Assembly: GCA_035315345.1 (NCBI GenBank)
Contig: DATFYA010000187.1
Coordinates: 3,436-67,435 of the forward strand
Source: Candidatus Methylomirabilota bacterium
GTDB lineage: Bacteria; Methylomirabilota; Methylomirabilia; Rokubacteriales; CSP1-6
DNA: 64,000 nt
Direction of reading: 5' to 3'
This document shows, piece by piece, positions 29,166-38,480 of the stretch; positions within the stretch are counted from its first letter, which is position 1, and the number at the start of each line of letters is the position of its first letter. The notes below the pieces were generated by a model. That model worked only from the letters and a program-made list of their open reading frames with translations, was not told where the DNA came from and did not search any database. Position numbers and translations under genes: made by a program.

Positions 29166-30038
29166 TCATCGTCCTCCCAGGTCCTCCGAGGTGGCGCAGC
29201 GAAAGCCCGTGTGGTGATGACCTCGGGCCAGGCCGCGGTGGTCCCCATCATACGAGTAGAAACGGCGGATCGTCACGCGCAGCGCCTCGGCCGGATCGTC
29301 GTGGCTGGCCCCCCGGACCACCCGCGTCGCGCGGAGGGACGACGCCTCTCGGCCGTCGTCGGGCCGGTACGGGTACGGCCGGTACTCGGAGGCCGTCCAT
29401 TCGCGGAGGTTGCCGAGCAGGTCCTGGACGCCGCTCGGCCCCTCGCCGCCCGGCCGGCGGTCGCCGCGGTCGGTGGCGTGGTAGTCCCGGCCGTACACCG
29501 CGAGATCGGGGGCGGGCGGCGCGTCGCCCCAGGGGTAGCGCCGCCGGTCCTCGCCGCGCGCGGCCTTCTCCCACTCGGCCTCGGTGGGCAGGCGCCGGCC
29601 CCGCCAGAGGCAATAGTCGCGCGCGCCGTACCAGGTCACCTCCACCGCCGGGTGATCCTCGAAGCCGGGGTCGGCGACGAAGCGCCCGTCGCGCCGGTGG
29701 ATGCGGGCGTCGGGGTCGTCGTGGTCGAAGTAGTCCAGGCCCTCCGAGCTGCGGAGACCGCGGGCATTCAGGAACCTCGCGAGCTCGCGGTTGGTGACCT
29801 TGTGCCGCTCGAGCCAGAAGTCGCGGACGTACACGCGATGCTGCGGCCTCTCGTCCGGCGCGTCGGTGTCGCTGCCCATCCAGAACGCGCCGGCCTGGAT
29901 GAGCATGATCCCGTCGGCGCGCGCGGCGCGGTCGGTCGATCCCACGAGGAGGAGACCGAGCGCCATCGCCAGCGCGAGAGTCCGGCGCGTCCACGCGGTC
30001 ACGCGCCTACGATAGCGTCCCGCAACCTTTACCGCCAT
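29166..30038 (-). CDS. formylglycine-generating enzyme family protein (FGE/SUMF1 domain), secreted
   Basis: N-terminal signal MAVKVAGRYRRRVTAWTRRTLALAMALGLLLVGS (possible Tat RR). Body motifs include WMGSDT, RHRVYVRDFWLERHKVTNRE, VVRGASH and TGFRC. The upstream 228 codons of ORF 29166..30722 are antisense read-through of the aldolase gene. Confidence 0.68.
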   Translation of the reverse strand: MAVKVAGRYRRRVTAWTRRTLALAMALGLLLVGSTDRAARADGIMLIQAGAFWMGSDTDAPDERPQHRVYVRDFWLERHKVTNRELARFLNARGLRSSEGLDYFDHDDPDARIHRRDGRFVADPGFEDHPAVEVTWYGARDYCLWRGRRLPTEAEWEKAARGEDRRRYPWGDAPPAPDLAVYGRDYHATDRGDRRPGGEGPSGVQDLLGNLREWTASEYRPYPYRPDDGREASSLRATRVVRGASHDDPAEALRVTIRRFYSYDGDHRGLARGHHHTGFRCATSEDLGGR

Positions 30039-30065
30039 GGCGGATTCGGGTATGGTGAGGGCGCC

Positions 30066-32126
30066 ATGAACTCCCGATGGAGCGACGCCGACGCGCAGGA
30101 CAAGAACGATCTCGATCTCCTCGTCTACGCCTCGCGCCTGATCGGCGCCGAGACCACGCTGGTGGTCTGGGGCGGGGGCAACACGTCGGTGAAGCGCGAT
30201 GAGCACGATCACCGCGGCCGGCCGACACGCGTGCTGCGGGTGAAGGGCAGCGGCTCCGATCTCAAGAGCATCCAGAAGAAGGACTTCCCGGGCGTGCGGT
30301 TGGACGATGTGACCGCGCTGCTCGAGCGCGCGGACATGGGCGATCAGGAGATGGTGGACTATCTCGCCCACGCCCTGCAGGAGCCGTCGAGCCCGCGCCC
30401 GTCGATCGAGACGCTGCTCCACGGGTTCCTGCCCGCCACCGCGGTCATCCATACCCACGCGGACGCGGTGGTCTCGCTCACCAACAACGACCGCAGCCGC
30501 GACGTGCTTCGCGAGGTGTACGGCGACGAGGTCATCGCGCTGCCGTACCGGCGCCCCGGCTTCCTGATCTCGCGCGAGGTCGCCGAGGTGTTCGCCGCCC
30601 ATCCGCGCGCGCGGGCCATCCTGCTGGAGAAGCACGGCACGATCTGCTGGGGCGCCTCGGTGAAGGAAGCGTACCTGGCCACCATCGAGCTGATCAGCCG
30701 CGCCGAGGAGGCGATCGCCCATCGCGCCCGCGGCCGCACGCGCTTCGGCGGAGCCTCATTGACCGGTCCGCCCGTCGAGACACGACGGCGCGTGGCGTTG
30801 ACCGTCGCGCCGCACCTGCGCGGCCTCGTCGGGCGGAGCCGGCGTCAGGTGCTGTTCTTCGACGACTCGCCCGAGGTGCTGGAGTTCGCGGCCTCGCGCG
30901 AGGCCGACGCGCTCTGCCGCATCGGGCCGGCCACGCCGGATCATACGATCTTCACCAAGCGGCTGCCGTGCTTCGCGCCGGTGGACGATCCCGCCGATCC
31001 GGACTCGGTGCGGACGGGCGTGACCGCGGCGGTCGAGCGCTTCGTGGCCGACTACACCCGGTACTTCGAGTCGCACAACGACCAGGGCGCGACCCTGGCG
31101 GATCCGTTTCCGCGCGTGATCGTGGTGGGCGGTCTCGGGCTCTTCGCGGCCGGCAAGGACCGCCGCACCGCGGGGATCGTGGACGACATCTACCACCACA
31201 CCATCTCGGTCCTGGGGGCGGCCACCTCGTTCGGCCACTACGTGTCGCTCTCCGCGCGCGAGGCCTTCGACGTCGAGTACTGGCCGCTCGAGCTGTACAA
31301 GCTCTCGCTGGCACCGCCCGAGAAGGAGCTGGCGCGGCGCATCGCCCTGGTCACCGGCGGAGCCAGCGGCATCGGCCGCGCGGTGGCCCAGCGGCTGGCC
31401 GCCGAGGGCGGGCACGTGGTGGTGGCCGATCTCGACGCGGCGGGCGCGCGCAAGGTGGCCGAGGAGATCGTGAGCGCCAACGGTGCCGGCCGCGCCCTCG
31501 GTCTCGGCATGGACGTGACGGGCGAGGCGTCGGTGCGCGCCGCCTTCGAGGAGGCGGTGCTGGCCTACGGTGGCGTGGATATCGTGGTCTCCAACGCGGG
31601 GACCGCGCATTCCGCGCCGGTCGACCGCATGGAGCTGGCCGACTGGGAGCGTTCGTTCGCGGTGAACGCCACCGGCCACTTCCTGGTCGCGCGGGAGGGC
31701 ATGCGCATTCTGAAAACGCAGGGCCTCGGGGGCGCGTTCGTGTTCGTGGCCACCAAGAACGTGATGTCGCCGGGCAAGGATTTCTCCGCGTACTCGGCGT
31801 CGAAGGCGGCCGAGGCGCAGCTGGCCAAGGTGCTCTCCCTGGAGGGCGGGCCACACGGCATCCGCTCGAACATCGTCAACCCCGACGCGGTCTTTCGCGA
31901 CTCCAAGCTGTGGTCGGACGACGTGCGGCGGGAGCGGGCGCGCGCGCAGGGCATCACCGTCGACGAGCTCGAGGACTTCTATCGCAAGCGCAATATCCTC
32001 GCCCGGCCGATCCTGCCCGAGGACGTCGCGGAGGCGGTGCTGTTCCTGGCCTCCGATCGCTCGGCCAAGACCACCGGCTGCACGATCACGGTGGACGGCG
32101 GCGTGAAGGACGCCTTCCCGCGATAG
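30066..32126 (+). CDS. bifunctional class II aldolase (rhamnulose-1-phosphate aldolase/adducin-like) / short-chain dehydrogenase fusion
   Basis: 686 aa. The N-terminal half is an aldolase-II fold (VWGGGNTSVK..., HTHADAVVSL). The C-terminal SDR carries TGGASGIGRA (cofactor) with Tyr-Lys YSASK. The ATG at 30066 lies after 302 read-through codons of ORF 29160..32126. Confidence 0.8.
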   Translation: MNSRWSDADAQDKNDLDLLVYASRLIGAETTLVVWGGGNTSVKRDEHDHRGRPTRVLRVKGSGSDLKSIQKKDFPGVRLDDVTALLERADMGDQEMVDYLAHALQEPSSPRPSIETLLHGFLPATAVIHTHADAVVSLTNNDRSRDVLREVYGDEVIALPYRRPGFLISREVAEVFAAHPRARAILLEKHGTICWGASVKEAYLATIELISRAEEAIAHRARGRTRFGGASLTGPPVETRRRVALTVAPHLRGLVGRSRRQVLFFDDSPEVLEFAASREADALCRIGPATPDHTIFTKRLPCFAPVDDPADPDSVRTGVTAAVERFVADYTRYFESHNDQGATLADPFPRVIVVGGLGLFAAGKDRRTAGIVDDIYHHTISVLGAATSFGHYVSLSAREAFDVEYWPLELYKLSLAPPEKELARRIALVTGGASGIGRAVAQRLAAEGGHVVVADLDAAGARKVAEEIVSANGAGRALGLGMDVTGEASVRAAFEEAVLAYGGVDIVVSNAGTAHSAPVDRMELADWERSFAVNATGHFLVAREGMRILKTQGLGGAFVFVATKNVMSPGKDFSAYSASKAAEAQLAKVLSLEGGPHGIRSNIVNPDAVFRDSKLWSDDVRRERARAQGITVDELEDFYRKRNILARPILPEDVAEAVLFLASDRSAKTTGCTITVDGGVKDAFPR

Positions 32127-32128
32127 CC

Positions 32129-33067
32129 ATGGGCTCGGCCGGTCCGCTCGGGTTCGGCGCGTTCCTGTCGATGCACCCGCCCGAGGAGCAGTTCGCCCTG
32201 GCCCAGCGCTGCGAGGCCCTCGGCCTGGACTCGCTCTGGACGGGCGATCACGTGTCCTTCCACAACCCGCTCTACGAATCGCTCACGCTGCTCGCCGCCT
32301 ACGCCGGCATCACCACGCGCATCCGGCTGGGGAGCGGCGTCTACCTGCTCGCGCTTCGCCAGCCGACCGTAGTGGCCAAGATCACCTCCACGCTCGACAC
32401 GCTGTGCGGTGGTCGGCTGATCTTCGGGGTCGGGGTCGGCGGCGAGAACCCGAAGGAGTTCGAGGCGTGCGGTGTCCCGCACAACGAGCGGGGGGCGCGG
32501 GTCAGCGAGGGCATCGACGTGGTGCGGACGCTGTGGCGCGACACTCCCGCCTCGTTCCGCGGACGCTTCACCCGGTTCGAGAACGTCAGCATCGACCCGA
32601 AGCCTCTGCAGAAGCCGGGCCCGCCCATCTGGATCGGCGGGCGGTCCGACGCGGCCCTGGCCCGCGCGGGGCGCCAGGGGGACGGCTGGATCTCGTACGT
32701 GGTCCAGCCGGAGCGCTACGCCCAGAGCCTGGGGAAGATCCGTCGGGCCGCCGAGGCGGCGGGCCGTGGGCTCGATGGCTTCGTCACCGCCCATCTCACC
32801 TTCGTGACCGTCGGGCGCGACTACGAGACGGCGGAGCGCAGCTGGGTACGCACGCTCTCGAGCCGCTACGCGCAGGACTTCGGGCCGCTGGCCCGCAAGT
32901 ACGGAGTGATCGGCACGCCCGATCAGTGTGCCGAGCAGATCGGCCGCTTCGCGCAGGCCGGTTGCCACTACTTCGTGATGAACCCCATCGGGGATCCCGC
33001 CGACGAGCGCGCCCAGCTGGAGATGATCGCGGGCGAGGTCATCCCGCGCGTCCAGAAGGGCGCATGA
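32129..33067 (+). CDS. LLM-class F420/flavin-dependent oxidoreductase
   Basis: MGSAGPLGFGAFLSMHPP...GLDSLWTGDHVSFHNP... 312 aa. The ATG lies 3 nt after the upstream stop. Confidence 0.8.
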   Translation: MGSAGPLGFGAFLSMHPPEEQFALAQRCEALGLDSLWTGDHVSFHNPLYESLTLLAAYAGITTRIRLGSGVYLLALRQPTVVAKITSTLDTLCGGRLIFGVGVGGENPKEFEACGVPHNERGARVSEGIDVVRTLWRDTPASFRGRFTRFENVSIDPKPLQKPGPPIWIGGRSDAALARAGRQGDGWISYVVQPERYAQSLGKIRRAAEAAGRGLDGFVTAHLTFVTVGRDYETAERSWVRTLSSRYAQDFGPLARKYGVIGTPDQCAEQIGRFAQAGCHYFVMNPIGDPADERAQLEMIAGEVIPRVQKGA

Positions 33068-33110
33068 GCGGAGCGCAGCACCCGGCTCTCCGTGCCGGGC
33101 GGAGGCCCGG

Positions 33111-33812
33111 ATGAAGCCGCGCGAATGCCGGTCCGAGGTCACCGCGGTGCGCGCGCTCACGCCCGAGATCATCGAGGTGGACCTCGAGATCATCGAGCCC
33201 GCCGACTTCACGTTCGAGGCCGGGCAGTGGATCTCGGTGCCCTTCGGGCCCAAGATCGTTCGCGCCTGGAGCATGGTGTCGTCGCCCACCCGCAAGGGCG
33301 CCCTGACGCTCGCGATCGACGTGGCCCCCGGCGGCATCGGCTCGCAGTGGGTGCGGGCGCTCGAGCCCGGCGCGGCGGTCTCGTTCAAGGGGCCGACCGG
33401 CGGCTTCGTGTTCAATCGCGCCGATCCCCGGCGCGTCGTGTTCGTGGCCGAGGAGATCGGCATCGTGCCGATCCGCTCCATGCTCACGCACCTGTACGAG
33501 ACCGGCCACGGCCGCCCCACCGCGCTCATCTACTGGGCCCGAAACCCGGGCTGGCTCGTCTACGACGCCGACTTCCGGTCGCTCGCGCGACGCTACCCGG
33601 CGTTCTCCTATCTGCCGGTGCTGCGCGAGCCGCCCGCCACCTGGCGGGGCGAGAAGGGCGAGCCGGCCGAGGCGGTCGAGCGGCTCGTGTTCGGCGTGGA
33701 TCACCTGGTCGTCTACGCCTGCGGCGGCGGCGAGACCATCAACCGCGTGCGCGACGTGCTCGTGAAGAAGGGGATGGACCGGAAGAGCGTGAAGTGGGAG
33801 AAGTTCTGGTGA
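33111..33812 (+). CDS. ferredoxin-NADP reductase-like FAD/NAD(P)-binding oxidoreductase
   Basis: FAD-binding RAWS(M) motif RAWSMVSSP, a G(T/P)xGG-like GPTGGFVF, and a C-terminal NAD-binding half. Confidence 0.72.
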   Translation: MKPRECRSEVTAVRALTPEIIEVDLEIIEPADFTFEAGQWISVPFGPKIVRAWSMVSSPTRKGALTLAIDVAPGGIGSQWVRALEPGAAVSFKGPTGGFVFNRADPRRVVFVAEEIGIVPIRSMLTHLYETGHGRPTALIYWARNPGWLVYDADFRSLARRYPAFSYLPVLREPPATWRGEKGEPAEAVERLVFGVDHLVVYACGGGETINRVRDVLVKKGMDRKSVKWEKFW

Positions 33813-34228
33813 AGGCGCAGGTCTACCACCTGCTGATCAACGTGCGCGATCCGAAGGTCTCGCTGCCGTTCTACCGCGATCTGCTCGGGTACCTCGAATA
33901 CCGCCCGGTCTACCAGACCGACACGGTGGCCGGCTTCTCGGCCGGGAGCGGCGCCGACATCTGGGTGATGGGAGCCGATCCCGCGCACGTCGGCCACGGG
34001 TTCCACCGGAAGCGCGCCGGACTCAACCATCTGGCCCTCCGCGTCCCGCAGCGAGAGGACGTGGACCGGTTCCGCGACGAGTTCATGGCGCCGCACCGGC
34101 TGCCCTCGCTCTATCAGACCCCGCGCGAGTTTCCGGAGTATCGCCCCGGCTACTACGCGGTGTTCTTCGAGGATCCGGATCGGCTGAAGCTGGAGGTCGT
34201 GCACATCCCGGCCGCCGCGCATGGCTGA
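33809..34228 (+). CDS. VOC-family protein (glyoxalase/bleomycin-resistance/dioxygenase fold)
   Basis: GTGA overlap with the upstream stop. 139 aa with paired beta-alpha-beta-beta-beta modules (HLLINVRD..., HLALRVP...). Confidence 0.65.
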   Translation: MKAQVYHLLINVRDPKVSLPFYRDLLGYLEYRPVYQTDTVAGFSAGSGADIWVMGADPAHVGHGFHRKRAGLNHLALRVPQREDVDRFRDEFMAPHRLPSLYQTPREFPEYRPGYYAVFFEDPDRLKLEVVHIPAAAHG

Positions 34229-35873
34229 GCTCAACGGCGGGCACCTGGTCGCGCGTACCCTGCGCCAGGCCGGCGTCGGTCACGTCTTCACGCTCTGCGG
34301 CGGCCACATCCTGCCGATCTACGACGGCTGCCTCACCGAGGGCGTGCAGATCGTGGACATGCGGCACGAGCAGGCCTGCACCCACGCCGCGGACGCCTAC
34401 GCCCGGCTCACTCGCAATATCGGGGTGGCGCTGGTGACCGCGGGCCCCGGCGTCACCGACGCGGTCACCGGCATCGCCAACGCGCAGTCGGCGCGGAGCC
34501 CGGTCCTGCTCATCGGTGGCGCCGCGCCACTCGGGCTGCGCGGGCTGGGCTCGTTGCAGGAAGTCGAGCAGGTGGACCTGCTGCGGCCGATCACCAAGGG
34601 GTCGTGGACGGTATCCGAGACGCGCCAGATCCCGGAGGTGCTCACCACCGCCATCCGCCACGCGCTCACCGGTCGACCGGGCCCCGTGTTCGTCGAGATC
34701 CCCGTCGACCTCCTCATGACCGTGGTCGAGGACCGCCTCGCTCCGATCCCGACCGCCTACGCCCATCGTCGGCCGAGCGCGCCCGACCCCGAGTCGGTGC
34801 AGCAGCTGGCGAGCCTGCTCGGCCGCGCGGAGCGGCCGGTGGTGATGGCCGGCGGCGGCGTCTACTGGGACGACGCGGCCAAGGAGCTGCAGGCGCTGGC
34901 CGAGGAGGCCGGGGTGCCCGTGTTCATGAACGGCGCGGGCCGGGGCTGCCTGCCGCACGATCACCCGCTCGCCTTCGCGCAGGCGCGCGGCTTCGCGCTG
35001 GGCCAGGCCGACGTCGTGCTGGTACTCGGCACTCCGCTCGACTTCCGGCTCGGCTACGGGCGGCCCCCGTCCTTCGCGGAGACGGCGCAGGTGGCGATGG
35101 TGGATTGCGATCCCGCGGAGCTGGGCCGCAACCGGCCGCTCGCCGTGGGGCTCACGAGCCACATCGGGCTCACGGTGCGCGCGCTCGCCGACGCCCTGCC
35201 GCGCGACCTCGCCACCCGGCTCGAGCCGTGGCGGCAGGCGGTGCGGACGAAGGAGGCCGACGCGCAGGCGCGGCTGATGGTCGAGCGGCAGTCCGACGAC
35301 GTGCCGATCAGCCACTACCGCCTGGCTCACGAGATCGCGGCGATGGTGGACGCGCGCACCGCCGTCGTCGGGGACGGCGGTGACGTGGTCGGCTGCGCCG
35401 CCAAGATCGTGTCGCTCTCTCGACCCGGCCAATGGCTCGATCCCGGCCCCTTCGGCTGCCTGGGGGTCGGCCCGTCCTTCGCGATCGCGGCGAAGCTGCT
35501 GCGTCCGGAGCAGCGCGTGCTGCTGATCGCGGGCGACGGCGCCTTCGGGCTCAACGGTATGGAGATCGAGACCGCGGTGCGGTTCGGCCTGCCGATGACA
35601 GTGGTGATCGGCAACGATGGCGGGTGGGGGCAGATCCGCAACCCGCAGCTGTCGTTCTTCGGCGCCGAGCGCGCGGTGGCGACCTCGCTGCCCTTCACGC
35701 GCTACGATCGGATGGTCGAGGCGCTCGGCGGCAAGGGCATTCACGTGACCGAGCCGCGCCAGCTGAGGCCCGCGCTCGAGCGCGCCCTCGATTCGGACGA
35801 GGTGTACGTCATCGACGTGGTGCTGGACCCCGCCGCCTACCGTCGCACCGGTCAGGTGTCCATGGCGATATGA
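34221..35873 (+). CDS. thiamine-diphosphate-dependent enzyme (acetolactate synthase large subunit/benzoylformate decarboxylase-like)
   Basis: 550 aa with N-terminal Pyr, central and C-terminal PP domains and a ThDP motif GDGAFGLNGMEIETAVR...NDGGWG. Confidence 0.82.
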   Translation: MAELNGGHLVARTLRQAGVGHVFTLCGGHILPIYDGCLTEGVQIVDMRHEQACTHAADAYARLTRNIGVALVTAGPGVTDAVTGIANAQSARSPVLLIGGAAPLGLRGLGSLQEVEQVDLLRPITKGSWTVSETRQIPEVLTTAIRHALTGRPGPVFVEIPVDLLMTVVEDRLAPIPTAYAHRRPSAPDPESVQQLASLLGRAERPVVMAGGGVYWDDAAKELQALAEEAGVPVFMNGAGRGCLPHDHPLAFAQARGFALGQADVVLVLGTPLDFRLGYGRPPSFAETAQVAMVDCDPAELGRNRPLAVGLTSHIGLTVRALADALPRDLATRLEPWRQAVRTKEADAQARLMVERQSDDVPISHYRLAHEIAAMVDARTAVVGDGGDVVGCAAKIVSLSRPGQWLDPGPFGCLGVGPSFAIAAKLLRPEQRVLLIAGDGAFGLNGMEIETAVRFGLPMTVVIGNDGGWGQIRNPQLSFFGAERAVATSLPFTRYDRMVEALGGKGIHVTEPRQLRPALERALDSDEVYVIDVVLDPAAYRRTGQVSMAI

Positions 35874-35883
35874 CCCGGCCGAG

Positions 35884-36903
35884 ATGAAGGTCACGTTCCT
35901 GTGCCCGCACCTGCGCGTCGCGGGCGGCGTCCGGGCGATCCTCATCCACGCCGATCGTCTGGCGCAGCGGGGCCACGAGGTCACGCTGGTCGTGCCGGCG
36001 GGGGGTACGCTCACCGCGGGGTGGCGCAATCGCCGCCCGCGGGGGCCCGACTGGATGCCGGACCTGCGGGCCCGGGTGCGATGGGTGCCCGAGTGGAGTC
36101 CCGCGCGCATCCCCGACGGCGACGCGGTCGTGGCCACCGCGTGGCAGTCGGTCGACGCGGTGGCGGCCGCGTCCGATTCGGCGGGCCGCAAGTTCTACTT
36201 CATCCAGCACCTCGAGAGTCTCTATCACGGTGACGCAGAACGGGTGGATGCGACCTATCGGAGCCCGTTGCGGAAGCTCGTGATCTCAACCTGGCTGGCC
36301 GATGCGATGGCCGAGCGCTTCGACTCGCCGGCGGCGGTGATCGTGACCCCGGTGGACCCGACGCTCTTCCACCCGGTCCCGGTGGACGACGATCGCGCGC
36401 TGCGAGTGCTGATGCTGTTCCACGAGTATCCGTGGAAGGGAGTGGCGGAGGGCATCGAGGCCTTTGCGCGGGTGCGCACGCGCCACCCGCGCGCGATGCT
36501 CGTGGGCTTCGGCGTCAAGCGCCCGAAGTCGCCGCTGCCCTTCGCGGAGTTCCACGAGAACCTGCCGCAGGACCGCCTGGCCTGGCTCTACAGCCGATGC
36601 CCGATCTATCTCTGTCCGTCGTGGGACGAGGGGCTGGGCATGCCCTCCATGGAGGCGATGGCGTGCGGGGCGGCCCTCTGCACCTACGACAACGGCGGCT
36701 CCCGCGACTACGCCATCGACGGCCGGACCGCGCTGGTGGCGCCCCGGCGGGATCTGGACGCCCTGACCCGGGGGCTGAGCCGGCTGCTGGAGGATGCGGA
36801 GCTACGACGGCGAGTGGCGCGGGAGGGGCAGGACTTCGTGAGGACTCAGTTCGACTGGGAGCGCGCTACCGCGCGGCTGGAGTCGATCCTGGCCGCGCGG
36901 TAG
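35884..36903 (+). CDS. glycosyltransferase family 4 (GT-B fold)
   Basis: 339 aa. The C-terminal EGLGMPSMEAMACGAALCTYDNGG matches the GT4 E-x7-E region. Confidence 0.8.
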   Translation: MKVTFLCPHLRVAGGVRAILIHADRLAQRGHEVTLVVPAGGTLTAGWRNRRPRGPDWMPDLRARVRWVPEWSPARIPDGDAVVATAWQSVDAVAAASDSAGRKFYFIQHLESLYHGDAERVDATYRSPLRKLVISTWLADAMAERFDSPAAVIVTPVDPTLFHPVPVDDDRALRVLMLFHEYPWKGVAEGIEAFARVRTRHPRAMLVGFGVKRPKSPLPFAEFHENLPQDRLAWLYSRCPIYLCPSWDEGLGMPSMEAMACGAALCTYDNGGSRDYAIDGRTALVAPRRDLDALTRGLSRLLEDAELRRRVAREGQDFVRTQFDWERATARLESILAAR

Positions 36904-36917
36904 CGGGGAGAATCAGG

Positions 36918-37241
36918 CTAGGCGGAGACTCCGACCTGCTCGACGGCGACGTGGGCCATGCCGGCGCGCCGCGGACGCAGCGTGCGGTTGGTCCACCGCG
37001 CGACCACGTGGCCCAGCGTCTGCTCCTCGATCAGGCCTTCCGACTTCAGCTGCTTGAAGACCTGGGTCCAGCCGGAGCTCTGCTGCGCCAGGAAAAGAAT
37101 CTCGTCGAGGCTCTTCCGCGCCGGCACGGCGGGCGTGCTCTGCGCGTCGTACAGGGCGTGCGCGATCTGCGAATCCGAGGGCATCGCGCTCGGCTCGCGT
37201 CGATACCCGGAGCCGACCAGCAACCGGAGCGTCGTCGTCAT
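36918..37241 (-). CDS. hypothetical small protein (107 aa), possible winged-helix fold
   Basis: A perfect SD GGGGAGGAACGAGCC precedes the ATG. MTTTLRLLVGSGYRREPSAMPSDS...KSLDEILFLAQQSSGWTQVFKQLKSEGLIEEQ. No family assignable by eye. Confidence 0.45.
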   Translation of the reverse strand: MTTTLRLLVGSGYRREPSAMPSDSQIAHALYDAQSTPAVPARKSLDEILFLAQQSSGWTQVFKQLKSEGLIEEQTLGHVVARWTNRTLRPRRAGMAHVAVEQVGVSA

Positions 37242-37691
37242 GGCTCGTTCCTCCCCTGTGGCGATTCCGGCGGAACCCGTCTGGCTCATCGGCCGTGGCC
37301 GCGTTGGTGATGCGGGAGGCGATGGGCTCGGGCGAGCTGACCGGGGTACTCGTGCGGGGACTCCAGGGTATGACGCTCCCGGAGCCCTCCTCGGGCACCG
37401 TGAAGTCCCGCGATGCGGTGCCGGTGGTGACCTGCGCCCGACTTCATCTCGCCGGGCCGGCTTCCACCGGGCCTCGCGCCCTTCACGCTGCTGCCGTCCG
37501 CAAAGTCCGCCATGGCTAATGCCGGTCCTTGCTAGGGCAAACTCGGTGCCAGGCGAAGAACGGTTGGAAACGTCTGCGGCTACCGTGACTTACGAAGCAG
37601 CACGTTCCGGGTCGCCCGGAGGCAGGTGACGAGGAACGCCAGACAGTGTACCGATTTAGGACGCCTCCGGGCTCGCCCGCAGGAACTGCGG

Positions 37692-38480
37692 CTAGCGGGG
37701 CAGCCAGTCCCGCAACGGCTTGACGATCGCGCCGGCCTTGACCAGGCCCTCCCGCACCGCCGCGACGATCTTGTCCGAGCCGGGGCTGTCGCCGTGGATG
37801 CAGATCGTCGCGACGTTCGCGTCGATCACCTTGCCGGTGATGGTGCGGACCTTGCCCTCCATGGCCATGCGCACGGCCTGGTCGGCTGCCTTGGCCGGAT
37901 CGGTGATCAGCGCGTCCTTGCCGAGCTTGCGGGTGACCAGCTGGCCGTCGTCGGCATAGACGCGGTCGGCGAAGCCCTCGGCGGCGATGCGCACGCCCGT
38001 CACCTTCCGCGCCTCCGCGTCGTACTTGGTCATGGCCATCGTCATCAGGATGATCTCGGGGTCCAGCTCGAGCACCTGCTCGGCGCTCGCCCGTCCCAAT
38101 GGCAGATTTTCTTCGAACATGTGGTACTGGATGCCGTGCGGCTTCACGTGCTGGATGCGGGTGCCCGCGGCCTGCGCGAAGGCGGCGAGGGCGCCGACCT
38201 GGTAGCGGTGGATGTCCTTCAGCTCGGCGGGGGACACGTCCATGCGGCGCCGTCCGAAGCCCATCAGATCGGGCAACCCCGGGTGCGCCCCCACCGCGAC
38301 GCCGTGCTGGATGGCCAGCTCCACGGTCCGGCGCATGACGTGCGGGTCACCGCCGTGGAAGCCGCAGGCGATGTTGGCCGAGGTGATGTTGGGCATCACC
38401 TCCTCGTCGTGACCGAGGGTCCAGCGGCCGTAGCTCTCTCCCATGTCGCAGTTGATGTCGATGTGGACGGGCTGGCTCAT
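37692..38480 (-). CDS. pxpA: 5-oxoprolinase subunit A / LamB-YcsF family lactam hydrolase
   Basis: MSQPVHIDINCDMGESYGRWTLGHDEEVMPNITSANIACGFHGGDPHVMRRTVELA... The LamB/YcsF signature extends over 262 aa. Confidence 0.85.
   Translation of the reverse strand: MSQPVHIDINCDMGESYGRWTLGHDEEVMPNITSANIACGFHGGDPHVMRRTVELAIQHGVAVGAHPGLPDLMGFGRRRMDVSPAELKDIHRYQVGALAAFAQAAGTRIQHVKPHGIQYHMFEENLPLGRASAEQVLELDPEIILMTMAMTKYDAEARKVTGVRIAAEGFADRVYADDGQLVTRKLGKDALITDPAKAADQAVRMAMEGKVRTITGKVIDANVATICIHGDSPGSDKIVAAVREGLVKAGAIVKPLRDWLPR

Noticed and set aside
34083-36191. 702-aa minus-strand ORF antisense to the ThDP enzyme and GT4
   Set aside because: Antisense artefact.
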